Shown here in pieces: positions 46,408 through 55,754 of a stretch of 64,000 nt of DNA (positions within the stretch are counted from its first letter, which is position 1; the number at the start of each line of letters is the position of its first letter). This DNA comes from Candidatus Omnitrophota bacterium (GTDB taxonomy: Bacteria > Omnitrophota > Gorgyraeia > Zapsychrales > JANLHA01): contig JACKFJ010000001.1 in the NCBI GenBank assembly GCA_020632535.1, positions 154,890-218,889 on the forward strand. The letters run 5' to 3'. The position numbers and the translations under genes are program-made. Below the pieces are notes generated by a model. It was given only the letters and a program-made list of their open reading frames with translations. It made no database searches and was not told the origin of the DNA.

Positions 46408-47274
46408 ATGGAACAGCAATTTAGATTAGATTTTAATAATTCCCAAAGAGATTCCCCAAAAGATTTGGAGCAGTTGATGAAATTAACAAAGCCGTTAGTG
46501 ATCCTTGACCTTGAAACAACCGGAGTTTGGATTGAAAAGGATAAGATTATTGAAATCGCGATGATCAAGTCCTTTCCTGACGGCACACGTACGACGTATG
46601 CGACGTATGTTAATCCCGGCATGCCGATTCCACCGGAAGTGACAGACGTTACAGGCATTAAAGATGAGCAGGTTAAAGATGCACCCAAATTTCGTGATAT
46701 CGCTAATGATGTCGTGCGTTTTCTTGAAGATGCTGACTTGGGAGGATTTAGTGTTGAGCGCTTTGATTTACCGTTGTTAGAACGCGAATTGACGGAATGT
46801 GGGATCAAGTTTGAGTGGAGCAAGCGCACAATTTATGACGCGCAAAAGGTTTATCATTTGCATGAACGCCGTGACCTTTCGGCAGCGTATCATTTTTATT
46901 GCGGTAAGGAATTGATTGACGCGCATTCGGCTCTTGCCGATACGCAGGCGACGCTGGATGTTCTTATCGCGCAAGTCAAAAAATATGGTTCTGGTAATGA
47001 TGCTATTGAGGCGCTTAAGGAATTTGATTATCGCAAAAGGACAGAATTTCACGATAGCGACCGCAAATTGCGCTGGTGGAATGGCGAGCTTTATATGATG
47101 TTTGGCAAATATGCCCGCAAAATGAGTCTGCAGGAGATCACCAAGGTGGATCGTCCATATTTGGAGTGGATTCTAAAGCAAGATTTTCGCGAAGACGTTA
47201 AAGATGTTGTGGAACAGGCTTTGGAAGGTCATTTTCCCCAACCGCCACAAGCCCCACCCAATACCGAGGCGTAA
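46408..47274 (+). CDS. DEDDh 3'-5' exonuclease (DnaQ/ExoX-like) with ExoX-type C-terminal domain
   Basis: ExoI LVILDLETTG, ExoIII HSALADTQATLDVL, and C-terminal FGKYARKMSLQEITKVDRPYLEWIL. Confidence 0.8.
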   Translation: MEQQFRLDFNNSQRDSPKDLEQLMKLTKPLVILDLETTGVWIEKDKIIEIAMIKSFPDGTRTTYATYVNPGMPIPPEVTDVTGIKDEQVKDAPKFRDIANDVVRFLEDADLGGFSVERFDLPLLERELTECGIKFEWSKRTIYDAQKVYHLHERRDLSAAYHFYCGKELIDAHSALADTQATLDVLIAQVKKYGSGNDAIEALKEFDYRKRTEFHDSDRKLRWWNGELYMMFGKYARKMSLQEITKVDRPYLEWILKQDFREDVKDVVEQALEGHFPQPPQAPPNTEA

Positions 47275-47346
47275 TGATTTTAATTGTGAAATTGAATTCA
47301 AAAACATATAATAGAAAAAATCAATTTTCCAATGAGACTATTTTTT

Positions 47347-47420
47347 CCCATCGCGAGCCTCAAAGGGCGTGGCGATCTCTGTAGATTGCTTCGTCGGCCT
47401 AAAGGCCTCCTCACAATGGG
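47347..47420. repeat. REP-like family 1: inverted pair (imperfect 74-nt palindrome)
   Basis: CCCATCGCGAGCCTCAAAGGGCGTGGCGATCT (47347-47378), then CTGT, then AGATTGCTTCGTCGGCCTAAAGGCCTCCTCACAATGGG (47383-47420). Confidence 0.8.
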
Positions 47421-47441
47421 ATCACATCAAAAGGAGTAGGT

Positions 47442-48047
47442 ATGAATAATAGCAAGAAAGTTTTTATCTTAGGTTTAACCATTATGGCTTTGGTTTCGTC
47501 TGGATGCGCAACTGTTAAACGTGTCAATGTCGATAAAACTGTGGATTTGAGCGGACGCTGGAATGATACCGATGCCCGTACAATTTCCAAAGCGATGATC
47601 CTAGATTGCACAAATCAAAGCTGGCTTCCGTTATTTGTTGGTAAACAAGGCCGCACCCCTGTTGTTATCGTAGGTGACATCAAGAATCAAAGCAGTGAGC
47701 ATATCAATACGGACATTATCACCAAAGCTTTGGAACACAGCTTGATTAATTCCGGCAAAGTCAAATTTGTCGCTTCTAAAATGGAACGCGGACAAGTTCG
47801 TGACGAACGCAATGATCAACAAAAAGGCGAGACATCACCTGAGACGATGAAGCGTAAAGGCCGTGAAACAGGCGCGGATTATATGCTCATTGGCAGCATC
47901 AATTCCATCAAAGACGAAACCCGAGGCCGTTATGTGATTATGTATCAGGTTAATCTCGAGCTTGTCGACTTGGAAACAAATGAGAAAGTCTGGCTCGGCG
48001 AAGACAATATCAAAAAAGTCGTTTCAAAAAACAAATTCTCTCTATAA
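47442..48047 (+). CDS. LpoB-like lipoprotein (COG3417 type, penicillin-binding protein activator-like)
   Basis: AAGGAG RBS. Lipobox LVSSGC. Motifs: DLSGRWNDTDARTISKAMI, PVVIVGDIKNQSSEHI, ADYMLIGSINSI. Confidence 0.7.
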   Translation: MNNSKKVFILGLTIMALVSSGCATVKRVNVDKTVDLSGRWNDTDARTISKAMILDCTNQSWLPLFVGKQGRTPVVIVGDIKNQSSEHINTDIITKALEHSLINSGKVKFVASKMERGQVRDERNDQQKGETSPETMKRKGRETGADYMLIGSINSIKDETRGRYVIMYQVNLELVDLETNEKVWLGEDNIKKVVSKNKFSL

Positions 48048-48051
48048 GACA

Positions 48052-49386
48052 TTGAAATCCGCAGTTGATTTTCCCAAGCGTTTTCTTTTAGGTTTGTGCG
48101 TTGGTATTGCGGCTGTAACATTGAGTTCCTGTGCGGGAGTCAATAGTATACAGCCGCAAGTCAACGGACTTGCTGTTGCTGGTCGTTTTGATCAAGCCCT
48201 TCAAATTCTCGATAATCCCAAAAAGTACGGTACCAATAATCAATTGCTTTTGCTGATGGACAAAGGTCTGGTTCTTCACATGGCCGGACGATATGAAGAA
48301 AGCATTCCGGTTTTTGAAGAGGCCAAAATCAAGTATGAACAATTGTACACCTTGTCACTACGAAAAGAAGCAGCCAGCTGGCTTTGGAATGATTATGCTT
48401 TGCCGTATCGGGGAGAAGATTTTGAACGGGTGATGATCAATGTTTTTCAGGCGCTTAATTACGCGGCTTTAGGAAATCTAGAAGAAGCTTTGGTTGAAGC
48501 TCGTGACGCGGACTCGACGTTGAACATGATTAATGATCAATACCCCGCGAATAAAAAAAATATATATCGTCGTGATGCGTTTTGTAGGCTATTGACTGCT
48601 TTGCTTTATGAGGCGGATGGCAATGTCAATGATGCTCTTATCGCGTATCGTTTGAGTTGGGAGGCCTATCAGCACGATTACTTGGGGCAGTACGGGACAG
48701 AAGCGCCAGTGATTTTGAAAGAAAATTTGTTGGCCGCGGCCGAAAAGTTTGGTGATCCTAACATTAATGAATATCTTAATACTTTAGCCGGAGTGACATA
48801 TTTGCCTTGGGATGATAAAAAGAAACGTGCGGAAATTATTGTCGTTGAGTATCAGGGGTATTCGCCAATTAAAATGTCAGTGCAAATTCCTTTTCCATTA
48901 CCCGATGGATATATTTCACAAATCGCGTTTCCGCGCTATGAAAAGCGTTCTTATGCGACAATACCATTACAAATTAAAGCGACGGCAGTGGGAAGTGGGT
49001 TGACCTATTTTAACAATAGTGAAATTGGGGAAGATATTGAAGCCATTGCAATTAAAAACCTTGATGATCGTAAAGTTCGTGTCATAGCCAAGGCTGCGTT
49101 GAGACCCGCGGCAAAATATTTTGCGCAAAAGGCATTGGAAAACGATATCAGGAAGAATCATGGTGAAAATTCGGCAAGAGTGATTCCGATTTTAGGGAGT
49201 TTGTATAATTTATTTTCGGAGCAGGCAGATTTGCGCAGTTGGCAAACATTGCCTGCCCAGATTCGTATTGGGCATGTTTTGGTGAGTCCCGGGGAGTATG
49301 ATTTAGAAATTGGCAGGATCAATTTGGGTTCAGTGGTGGTAAAGGCTGGAGAAAAGAAATTTTATATTGTTAGAACAACACATTAG
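48052..49386 (+). CDS. Large lipoprotein, TPR-like N-terminal half (COG3014-like uncharacterised family)
   Basis: Start reassigned to TTG 48052, 5 nt after the lpoB-like stop. This gives MKSAVDFPKRFLLGLCVGIAAVTLSSC with a lipobox. 444 aa. Confidence 0.6.
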   Translation: MKSAVDFPKRFLLGLCVGIAAVTLSSCAGVNSIQPQVNGLAVAGRFDQALQILDNPKKYGTNNQLLLLMDKGLVLHMAGRYEESIPVFEEAKIKYEQLYTLSLRKEAASWLWNDYALPYRGEDFERVMINVFQALNYAALGNLEEALVEARDADSTLNMINDQYPANKKNIYRRDAFCRLLTALLYEADGNVNDALIAYRLSWEAYQHDYLGQYGTEAPVILKENLLAAAEKFGDPNINEYLNTLAGVTYLPWDDKKKRAEIIVVEYQGYSPIKMSVQIPFPLPDGYISQIAFPRYEKRSYATIPLQIKATAVGSGLTYFNNSEIGEDIEAIAIKNLDDRKVRVIAKAALRPAAKYFAQKALENDIRKNHGENSARVIPILGSLYNLFSEQADLRSWQTLPAQIRIGHVLVSPGEYDLEIGRINLGSVVVKAGEKKFYIVRTTH

Positions 49387-49428
49387 CAAACAATACGAAC
49401 GTTTGCAAAATTACGAAAGGACATTAAA

Positions 49429-49728
49429 ATGAAAACAGCAGCGATGGGTTTGAGTTTAGTATCTGTTCTTTTATTATGTGGTTGCACAACGACACAAAAG
49501 GGAGCGACGGCCGGAGGTTTAGGTGGAGCGGCAATCGGCGGCATTATTGGACATCAGTCAGGTCATGGTGTTGCAGGCGCGGCAATCGGTGGCGCGGTTG
49601 GAACAGTTGGTGGCATGGTCGTTGGTTCCAAAATGGAAAAGAAATTTTGTCCTAAGTGCGGTAAAATTTTTAGCGAAAGTACACAATACTGTCCAGCTGA
49701 TGGTACCGAATTAAAATATCGACAATGA
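49429..49728 (+). CDS. Glycine-zipper lipoprotein with C-terminal zinc-ribbon-like motif
   Basis: Lipobox LLCGC. Gly-zipper GGLGGAAIGGIIGHQSGHGVAGAAIGGAVGTVGGMVVG. C-terminus KFCPKCGKIFSESTQYCPADGTEL. Confidence 0.7.
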   Translation: MKTAAMGLSLVSVLLLCGCTTTQKGATAGGLGGAAIGGIIGHQSGHGVAGAAIGGAVGTVGGMVVGSKMEKKFCPKCGKIFSESTQYCPADGTELKYRQ

Positions 49729-49759
49729 TTTTGTTACAGTGTGACACGAAAGGTTTAAT

Positions 49760-51388
49760 ATGAAAACAAAGCAGGATTTAGGTCTCGAAAAAATCGGTAT
49801 TACCGATTCGCAGGAGTTGTTTTACAATTCTTCGTATGATGAACTCTTTAAGCATGAAATTGAACCTAGCTTGCAGGGTTATGAGCGCGGGTTTGTTACG
49901 GAATCCGGCGCTGTCACTGTCGACACCGGCGAATTTACCGGACGTTCGCCTAAAGATAAATATATTGTTGATGATAGCGTGGATAGTCAGCATGTGTGGT
50001 GGGCGGACGGAAAGGCTTCTGGGTCAGATAATAAGAAAATTACGGTTGAAACGTGGAAACACCTAAAGGAGATTTCGGTTAATCAGCTCAATGGAAAAAA
50101 ACTTTATGTGATTGATGGATTTTGTGGAGCTAATAGAGACACTCGCATGTCTGTTCGTTTGGTTACCGAAGTCGCATGGATGGCGCATTTTTTTAAGAAT
50201 ATGTTTATTCGTCCAACGGAAGATGAGCTTAGTGATTTTAAACCGGATTGGACTATTCTTAATGCTTGTAAAGTGCGCTGTAAGGATTTTGCAAAATATG
50301 GTTTGAATTCAGAAGTCTTTGTCGCGTTTAATATCAAGGAACGTGTGACGGTTATCGGGGGAACGTGGTACGGCGGAGAAATTAAAAAAGGTATTTTTTC
50401 GATTATGAATTATTTTTTGCCGCTCAAAGGCATCGGCGCTTTTCACTGTTCAGCGAATATGGGCAAAGATGGGGATACCGCGCTCTTTTTTGGACTTTCG
50501 GGAACAGGGAAAACGACACTGTCAACGGACCCTCATCGTCGGTTAATCGGCGACGATGAACATGGCTGGGATAATGAAGGTGTTTTTAATTTTGAGGGTG
50601 GCTGTTATGCCAAATGTATCGGTTTGACCGCGCAACGTGAGCCAGATATTTTTCGCGCCATTCGTCGAGATGCCCTTTTGGAAAATGTAGATTTTGATAA
50701 AGACGGTCATGTTGATTACAGCTCCAAAGCCAAAACAGAGAATACGCGTGTGTCGTATCCTTTGAATCATATTGATAATATTGTCAAACCAATTTCTAAG
50801 GGCGGACATCCTAAACGGATCATTTATTTAATGGCGGACGCGTATGGAATTCTACCTCCTGTTGCGAAACTTTCCAAAGAGCAGGCGATGTATCATTATT
50901 TAAGCGGATACACCGCCAAAGTTGCCGGCACCGAGCGTGGAGTTATTGAGCCTAAAGCCACATTTTCCGCTTGTTTTGGCAAAGCGTTTTTGACGTTGCA
51001 TCCGACGATGTACGCGGATATTTTAGGTAAAAAGATGCAGGAGCATGAATCGACGGCGTATTTGGTGAATACGGGTTGGATTGGCGGTCAATATGGCGTG
51101 GGAAAGCGAATTTCAATCAAGGATAATCGTTTGTCGATTGATGCGATTCTTGAAGGTTCGCTTGATGAAGGTCCATTTGATATTCTACCGGTTTTTAATT
51201 TGCAAATTCCCCGCGCGGTTAAAGGCATGGACAGCAGTATTTTGAATCCTCGCAATACTTGGGCGAATAAAGAGGAGTATGATGTTCTTTTGCGGAGATT
51301 GGCACAGATGTTTATTGATAATTTTACGAATTTTACAAATACTCCGGCTGGCAAGTCTTTAGCAGAAAACGTTGGCCCGAAACTTTAG
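49760..51388 (+). CDS. pckA: Phosphoenolpyruvate carboxykinase (ATP)
   Basis: [31 protein letters not shown], and NTGWIGG in the C-terminal region. Confidence 0.95.
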   Translation: MKTKQDLGLEKIGITDSQELFYNSSYDELFKHEIEPSLQGYERGFVTESGAVTVDTGEFTGRSPKDKYIVDDSVDSQHVWWADGKASGSDNKKITVETWKHLKEISVNQLNGKKLYVIDGFCGANRDTRMSVRLVTEVAWMAHFFKNMFIRPTEDELSDFKPDWTILNACKVRCKDFAKYGLNSEVFVAFNIKERVTVIGGTWYGGEIKKGIFSIMNYFLPLKGIGAFHCSANMGKDGDTALFFGLSGTGKTTLSTDPHRRLIGDDEHGWDNEGVFNFEGGCYAKCIGLTAQREPDIFRAIRRDALLENVDFDKDGHVDYSSKAKTENTRVSYPLNHIDNIVKPISKGGHPKRIIYLMADAYGILPPVAKLSKEQAMYHYLSGYTAKVAGTERGVIEPKATFSACFGKAFLTLHPTMYADILGKKMQEHESTAYLVNTGWIGGQYGVGKRISIKDNRLSIDAILEGSLDEGPFDILPVFNLQIPRAVKGMDSSILNPRNTWANKEEYDVLLRRLAQMFIDNFTNFTNTPAGKSLAENVGPKL

Positions 51389-51402
51389 GATAGGAGTTGA
51401 AT

Positions 51403-52056
51403 ATGGCGAAAATTTCTAAACCGATTTTAACAATTGTGCTAATCGTGTGTTGTGTGGCTTTGCTTGCGGGATTTAAATATTTTCAATCTCAGCGCGCGGC
51501 CGCGAATTTGCAGGCAGCGGCTAAAACTGTTCTTTCTCCTCGAGCCAAGGGAAATCCTAAGGCTGAAATCAAAATACTTGAATTCATTGATTTTCAATGT
51601 CCGGCTTGCGCGTCGGGTGTGAAAGTCATCGCGGAGTACTTGGAAAAGTACCCAGAAAAAGTTTATGTTGAAGTCCGTCATTTTCCGTTAGCGATGCACA
51701 AGCACGGGATTACGAGCGCCCGTTGGGGTGAATGTGCTGCTCGTCAGGATAAATTTTGGCCGTTTCTCGATGGTCTAATCGAACGGCAAAGAGAGTGGAG
51801 TGCTCTTAATGACCCGCTTCCGCCTTTTCGTGACATTGCCACAAAAGCTGGTTTGAATGTTGAGCAAATCAAGGAATGTCTCAATGACACGACCATTGAT
51901 GACGCGATTCAAGCAGATGTGGAGGAGGGGAAAATGCGTAAAGTTGTCTCGACGCCGTCATATTTTGTTAATCATGAAATGTGTGTTGGGGCGAAGTCTT
52001 TGAAAACAAAAGTCGACAACCTTTTAGGGATCAAGGAAGCAGAGGTTAAGCCATGA
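51403..52056 (+). CDS. Membrane-anchored DsbA-family thiol:disulfide oxidoreductase
   Basis: AGGAG lies 6 nt before ATG 51403. N-terminal TM anchor. CxxC in FIDFQCPACASG. Confidence 0.8.
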   Translation: MAKISKPILTIVLIVCCVALLAGFKYFQSQRAAANLQAAAKTVLSPRAKGNPKAEIKILEFIDFQCPACASGVKVIAEYLEKYPEKVYVEVRHFPLAMHKHGITSARWGECAARQDKFWPFLDGLIERQREWSALNDPLPPFRDIATKAGLNVEQIKECLNDTTIDDAIQADVEEGKMRKVVSTPSYFVNHEMCVGAKSLKTKVDNLLGIKEAEVKP

Positions 52057-52532
52057 GCGAAGGTAAGATTTCTAAATTTACTACGTATAAATTTTTAGTT
52101 TTACGGCTTATAATTGGTGGATTTTTTATTGCCGTCGGTTTGGACAAAGTTTTAGAGCCGCATCAGAATTTTCTTTATGTTATTCAGGGGTATCAGATTT
52201 TTCCGGAATTATTGGAAAATATCGCGGCATATGTTTTCCCATGGATTGAGTTGTTTCTGGGGCTGTTTCTCTTTTTGGGATTGTGGCTCAAATGGATATT
52301 AAGAGGTTTTCTCTTGATGATTTCCGCTTTTATTCTTATCATTTCGCAGGCGTTGGTACGCAAACTTCCGATTGAATTTTGTGGTTGCTTTGGAGGACTT
52401 TTTTCGTCGGACATTCATCAGACACTTATTCTTGATGTGTTTTTGTGGCTTTTTGTTTTTCTTATGATGCGTTTTATTGCGCCAACGTCTTTTTTAAGCT
52501 TAGACAAATATTTCTCTCGTCAAGAAAAGTAA
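52053..52532 (+). CDS. MauE/DoxX-like membrane protein
   Basis: ATGA overlap with the dsbA-like gene. Four TM segments. Contains a FCGCFGG motif. Confidence 0.7.
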   Translation: MSEGKISKFTTYKFLVLRLIIGGFFIAVGLDKVLEPHQNFLYVIQGYQIFPELLENIAAYVFPWIELFLGLFLFLGLWLKWILRGFLLMISAFILIISQALVRKLPIEFCGCFGGLFSSDIHQTLILDVFLWLFVFLMMRFIAPTSFLSLDKYFSRQEK

Positions 52533-52535
52533 TCT

Positions 52536-53993
52536 GTGCGTTACTTATTTTTCATTCTTGCCTTCGTGATGACAATGACCCCACTCGGCTTTGCTGATGA
52601 AAATATTAAATTGCCTAATGTCAGCGGCCAATTTTATGCCGGCGACCCGCAGAAATTAGCAGGTGATATCGACGCTTTTCTAAAAGCCGCTACGATTTCA
52701 CCGGTCACGGACAATATTCAAATGATCATTGCCCCGCACGCGGGATATCGTTATTCCGGATCAGTTGCAGGGTATAGCTTTAAGGCCGTTAGCAAAAAGA
52801 GTTTTAAAACTATTATCATTCTTGCTCCCAGTCATTTTTATGGATTTGACGGAGCTTCGATCTGGACGAACGGCGGTTTTAAAACACCTTTAGGTGTCGT
52901 TCCTGTCGATGAAGATTTTGCCAAAGCTTTGAGTCGTGCCGATTCCAAATTTGCTTTTGTCCGTCCGGCTTTTGATAAGGAGCATGCCCTTGAGGTTGAA
53001 ATTCCATTTTTGCAGAAGACATTTCAAGATTTTAAAATTGTGCCTGTGATTTTGGGGCAAATGAGCTTTGATTCCTGCCAAAAATTATCTGACACACTCA
53101 ATAATTTAATCGGAACGCGCCAAGATGTTCTTGTCGTCGTCAGTAGTGATATGTCGCATTATCATGATGATAAAACTGCCCGCATCATGGATTTTGCGGC
53201 ATTCAAATCAATTAAGGATTTGGACGCCAAGGGGTTTTATCAAAAATGTCTTTTGCGCACACAGGAAATGTGCGGTTTTATTCCCGTAACAACCGCTATA
53301 TTGTTAGCTAAGGCGCGTCAGTGGCAAGTGCAGATTTTAAAATATGCCAATTCTGGAGACGTCACCGGGGATCGTTCAAATGTTGTGGGGTATGGTGCTG
53401 TCATGTTTACGCAACAGCCAGCGTCGATTGCTCAGCAAACAGCCCCGTTTAATAGTCAGCAAAAAGAAATATTATTAAATCTCGCTAAAGAAGCGGTTGT
53501 GAGTTTTGTGACAGAGAAGAAAATTGTTGATGTCAAAATAAGCGACAGTCGCTTGGCTGTGCCAGAGGGCGCGTTTGTTTCAATTTATAAAGATGGACAA
53601 TTGCGTGGCTGTATTGGGCATATTGTAAGTCGTGAACCGTTGCAGAAAACAGTTCGCGATATGGCGATTGCCGCGGCGAGTGAAGACCCGCGTTTTCCTG
53701 TTGTGACTTCGGAGGAATTGCCCACTTTGGATTTTGAGGTTTCGGTCTTGTCTCGTCCATGGAAAGTTGCGAATATCGATGATATTCAAATGGGTGTGCA
53801 TGGCGTCATTATCAGTCAGGGAAGAGGCAAGCGAGGTGTTTTTCTTCCGCAAGTGGCGACCGAAACACGCTGGAGCAAAGAAAAGTTTTTGTCGGAGTTG
53901 TGTTCGCAAAAGGCTGGTTTGCCGCCGACATGCTGGAAAGACCCCAAAACGTCGATCGAAATATTTACTGCCGATGTCTTTAAAAACCCGTAA
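52536..53993 (+). CDS. Fusion of Memo-like (AmmeMemoRadiSam protein B type) and AMMECR1 (protein A type) domains
   Basis: N-terminal half: GQFYAGDP, IIAPHAGYRYSG, VSSDMSHYH. C-terminal half: GAFVSIYKDGQLRGCIGHI, GVHGVIISQGRGKRGVFLPQVA. GTG 52536 adds a signal-like MRYLFFILAFVMTMTPLGFA. Internal ATGs at 52569 and 52575 would remove it. Confidence 0.8.
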   Translation: MRYLFFILAFVMTMTPLGFADENIKLPNVSGQFYAGDPQKLAGDIDAFLKAATISPVTDNIQMIIAPHAGYRYSGSVAGYSFKAVSKKSFKTIIILAPSHFYGFDGASIWTNGGFKTPLGVVPVDEDFAKALSRADSKFAFVRPAFDKEHALEVEIPFLQKTFQDFKIVPVILGQMSFDSCQKLSDTLNNLIGTRQDVLVVVSSDMSHYHDDKTARIMDFAAFKSIKDLDAKGFYQKCLLRTQEMCGFIPVTTAILLAKARQWQVQILKYANSGDVTGDRSNVVGYGAVMFTQQPASIAQQTAPFNSQQKEILLNLAKEAVVSFVTEKKIVDVKISDSRLAVPEGAFVSIYKDGQLRGCIGHIVSREPLQKTVRDMAIAAASEDPRFPVVTSEELPTLDFEVSVLSRPWKVANIDDIQMGVHGVIISQGRGKRGVFLPQVATETRWSKEKFLSELCSQKAGLPPTCWKDPKTSIEIFTADVFKNP

Positions 53994-54426
53994 TATTCTT
54001 ATCAGCGTTTTTGTAATTATTTGGATGGTGATTTTTCATTATGAATCCGTCCGTTATTTTTATTTGCAAAATTATTTTCAAAAGCCTTTGCCCAAGCTAA
54101 AATTTCTTTTTCCACCAGCCGGATGGATCATGTTTTATAATGTCGGCGACCGTTTTGGTTATGCTGAGGTTTACGGCATTAAAAATGGGACACCGATTCT
54201 CATTGACCCGCATGATATTATTAAAACTCGCTTTATTGGTTTTGATATGGTGCATCGCAATGTCTTGAGCACGGTTTTAAGACCCGGCGCGCGACAGAGT
54301 TTTTGTAATGTTTTGCAGAAGCAATTTCCAGAATTTGACAAATTTATTGTCACGGCGGTTGAATACCCGTCTTTAACAGAGTCGCGTTATAATCGTCGAC
54401 AGGTTCTGGTTTATCAATGTCCTTAA
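53974..54426 (+). CDS. Hypothetical N-terminally membrane-anchored protein
   Basis: Start trimmed to ATG 53974 (MSLKTRNILISVFVIIWMVIF), overlapping the previous gene by 20 nt. 150 aa. No family recognised. Confidence 0.55.
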   Translation: MSLKTRNILISVFVIIWMVIFHYESVRYFYLQNYFQKPLPKLKFLFPPAGWIMFYNVGDRFGYAEVYGIKNGTPILIDPHDIIKTRFIGFDMVHRNVLSTVLRPGARQSFCNVLQKQFPEFDKFIVTAVEYPSLTESRYNRRQVLVYQCP

Positions 54427-54430
54427 AGTC

Positions 54431-55711
54431 ATGAAAAATCTTTGGTCAAAATTGTTTTTAGAAGAGCGCCCGTCGATTTCTTTGGCTTTCTTTCGCGTGG
54501 CGGTAGCGCTCACGGTGGGAAGCCATGTTCTTCCGACGTTTTTTCCTCTAAGGGAAAATTACCTTTCCGGCGCTTTTAAAGTTCTAAATTCCAATTTTTT
54601 TACGGTTGGTGTTTTAGAACTGGTGCAGCAAAGTCCTGATGCCTTGGTTGTGAGTTTTGTTGCGGTTTTTTGTTTGTCGTGGTTTTTCTTTCTCATCGGA
54701 TATCGTACGCAGTTAAGCTGCATTGTGATGACATTAAGTTGTTATTATTTTTACGCTTTAAACGCTTTTGCTGTTGGAACACTGTCGTGGGATATTCTCC
54801 TTGTGACTTTATTTCTTATGTGCCTTACACCGTATTGTGGCGATTACTTTTCTTTGGATAGTGTTTTGAGGCGTGACGCTTTGGCATTTGAGCGTCGGCG
54901 ACCGTTTTTTATTCAGCGGCTTTTGCAAATGCAGGTAGCCTTTACATACTTTTATACGGGTTTGTATAAGATCACAGCCGACGGTAATTGGCTAAGCGGC
55001 AATCCGATTTATTATTTGCTTCTTACCCCGAGTGCGGGGGTGACAAAGTATTTTCTTTTGCGCGATTTTTTTAGCAGTCACCCACAGCTTTGTTATGTAT
55101 TGGGTGTGATAATTGTTGTGATTGAACTTTTGATGCCTTTTCTTTTGTTTAATCCATCGACACGGGTGACGGCAATTTATTTGGGATTTATTTTTCATTT
55201 AACGCTTATTTTGACATTGGATGTTCCAGCGATTTTCTTTTTTCTGTTTCCGGCACAACTATTGCTTTTTATCGTTCCTGATAAAGTGATCGATTGGATT
55301 AAAGAGAGGCGAGCGATTTTTCATTTGGCTCCGCCAACCAAGGTTGTCTTTGACGGTCATTGTCAATTTTGTTGTGCGAGTGTCGAAATGATCAAGGTCA
55401 TGGATCTTTTTGGTCGATTGACTTTTGTCGATTATCAGACTGTTTTGGACTTTTCAACGTTGCATCGTGATTTGACGAAAAAAAAGGGACACAGCCAATT
55501 GTATTTGATTGATAGTCACGGTGATTTATACGGTGGTTTTTTTGCTTTTCGCCGGATGACACTACTTTTGCCAATGCTTTATCCAACACTTTTACTTGTT
55601 TATTTCCCGGGCGCGAGCATTTTGGGGTCGCTTCTATACCGCTGGGTGGCCCAAAACCGTTATTTATTCCATTCAAATAAAAAGTGTGCGAATAATGCCT
55701 GTTTACGGTAG
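54431..55711 (+). CDS. HTTM-domain membrane protein fused to a DCC/DUF393-type thiol-disulfide oxidoreductase domain
   Basis: N-terminus SLAFFRVAVALTVG and about 8 TM segments typical of HTTM. C-terminus VVFDGHCQFCCASVEMIKVMD typical of DCC1-like proteins. Confidence 0.75.
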   Translation: MKNLWSKLFLEERPSISLAFFRVAVALTVGSHVLPTFFPLRENYLSGAFKVLNSNFFTVGVLELVQQSPDALVVSFVAVFCLSWFFFLIGYRTQLSCIVMTLSCYYFYALNAFAVGTLSWDILLVTLFLMCLTPYCGDYFSLDSVLRRDALAFERRRPFFIQRLLQMQVAFTYFYTGLYKITADGNWLSGNPIYYLLLTPSAGVTKYFLLRDFFSSHPQLCYVLGVIIVVIELLMPFLLFNPSTRVTAIYLGFIFHLTLILTLDVPAIFFFLFPAQLLLFIVPDKVIDWIKERRAIFHLAPPTKVVFDGHCQFCCASVEMIKVMDLFGRLTFVDYQTVLDFSTLHRDLTKKKGHSQLYLIDSHGDLYGGFFAFRRMTLLLPMLYPTLLLVYFPGASILGSLLYRWVAQNRYLFHSNKKCANNACLR

Positions 55712-55754
55712 AATAGTTTCCAGTTTGGAGCAAAAGCAAAAGGAATTACTAAAT

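Noticed and set aside
52536-52575. A firm call of a Sec signal peptide on the Memo-AMMECR1 fusion.
   Set aside because: The hydrophobic N-terminus exists only if the GTG at 52536 is the start. Internal ATGs at 52569 and 52575 give a canonical cytosolic Memo N-terminus, and no strong RBS favours either. It is therefore reported as uncertain rather than as a feature.
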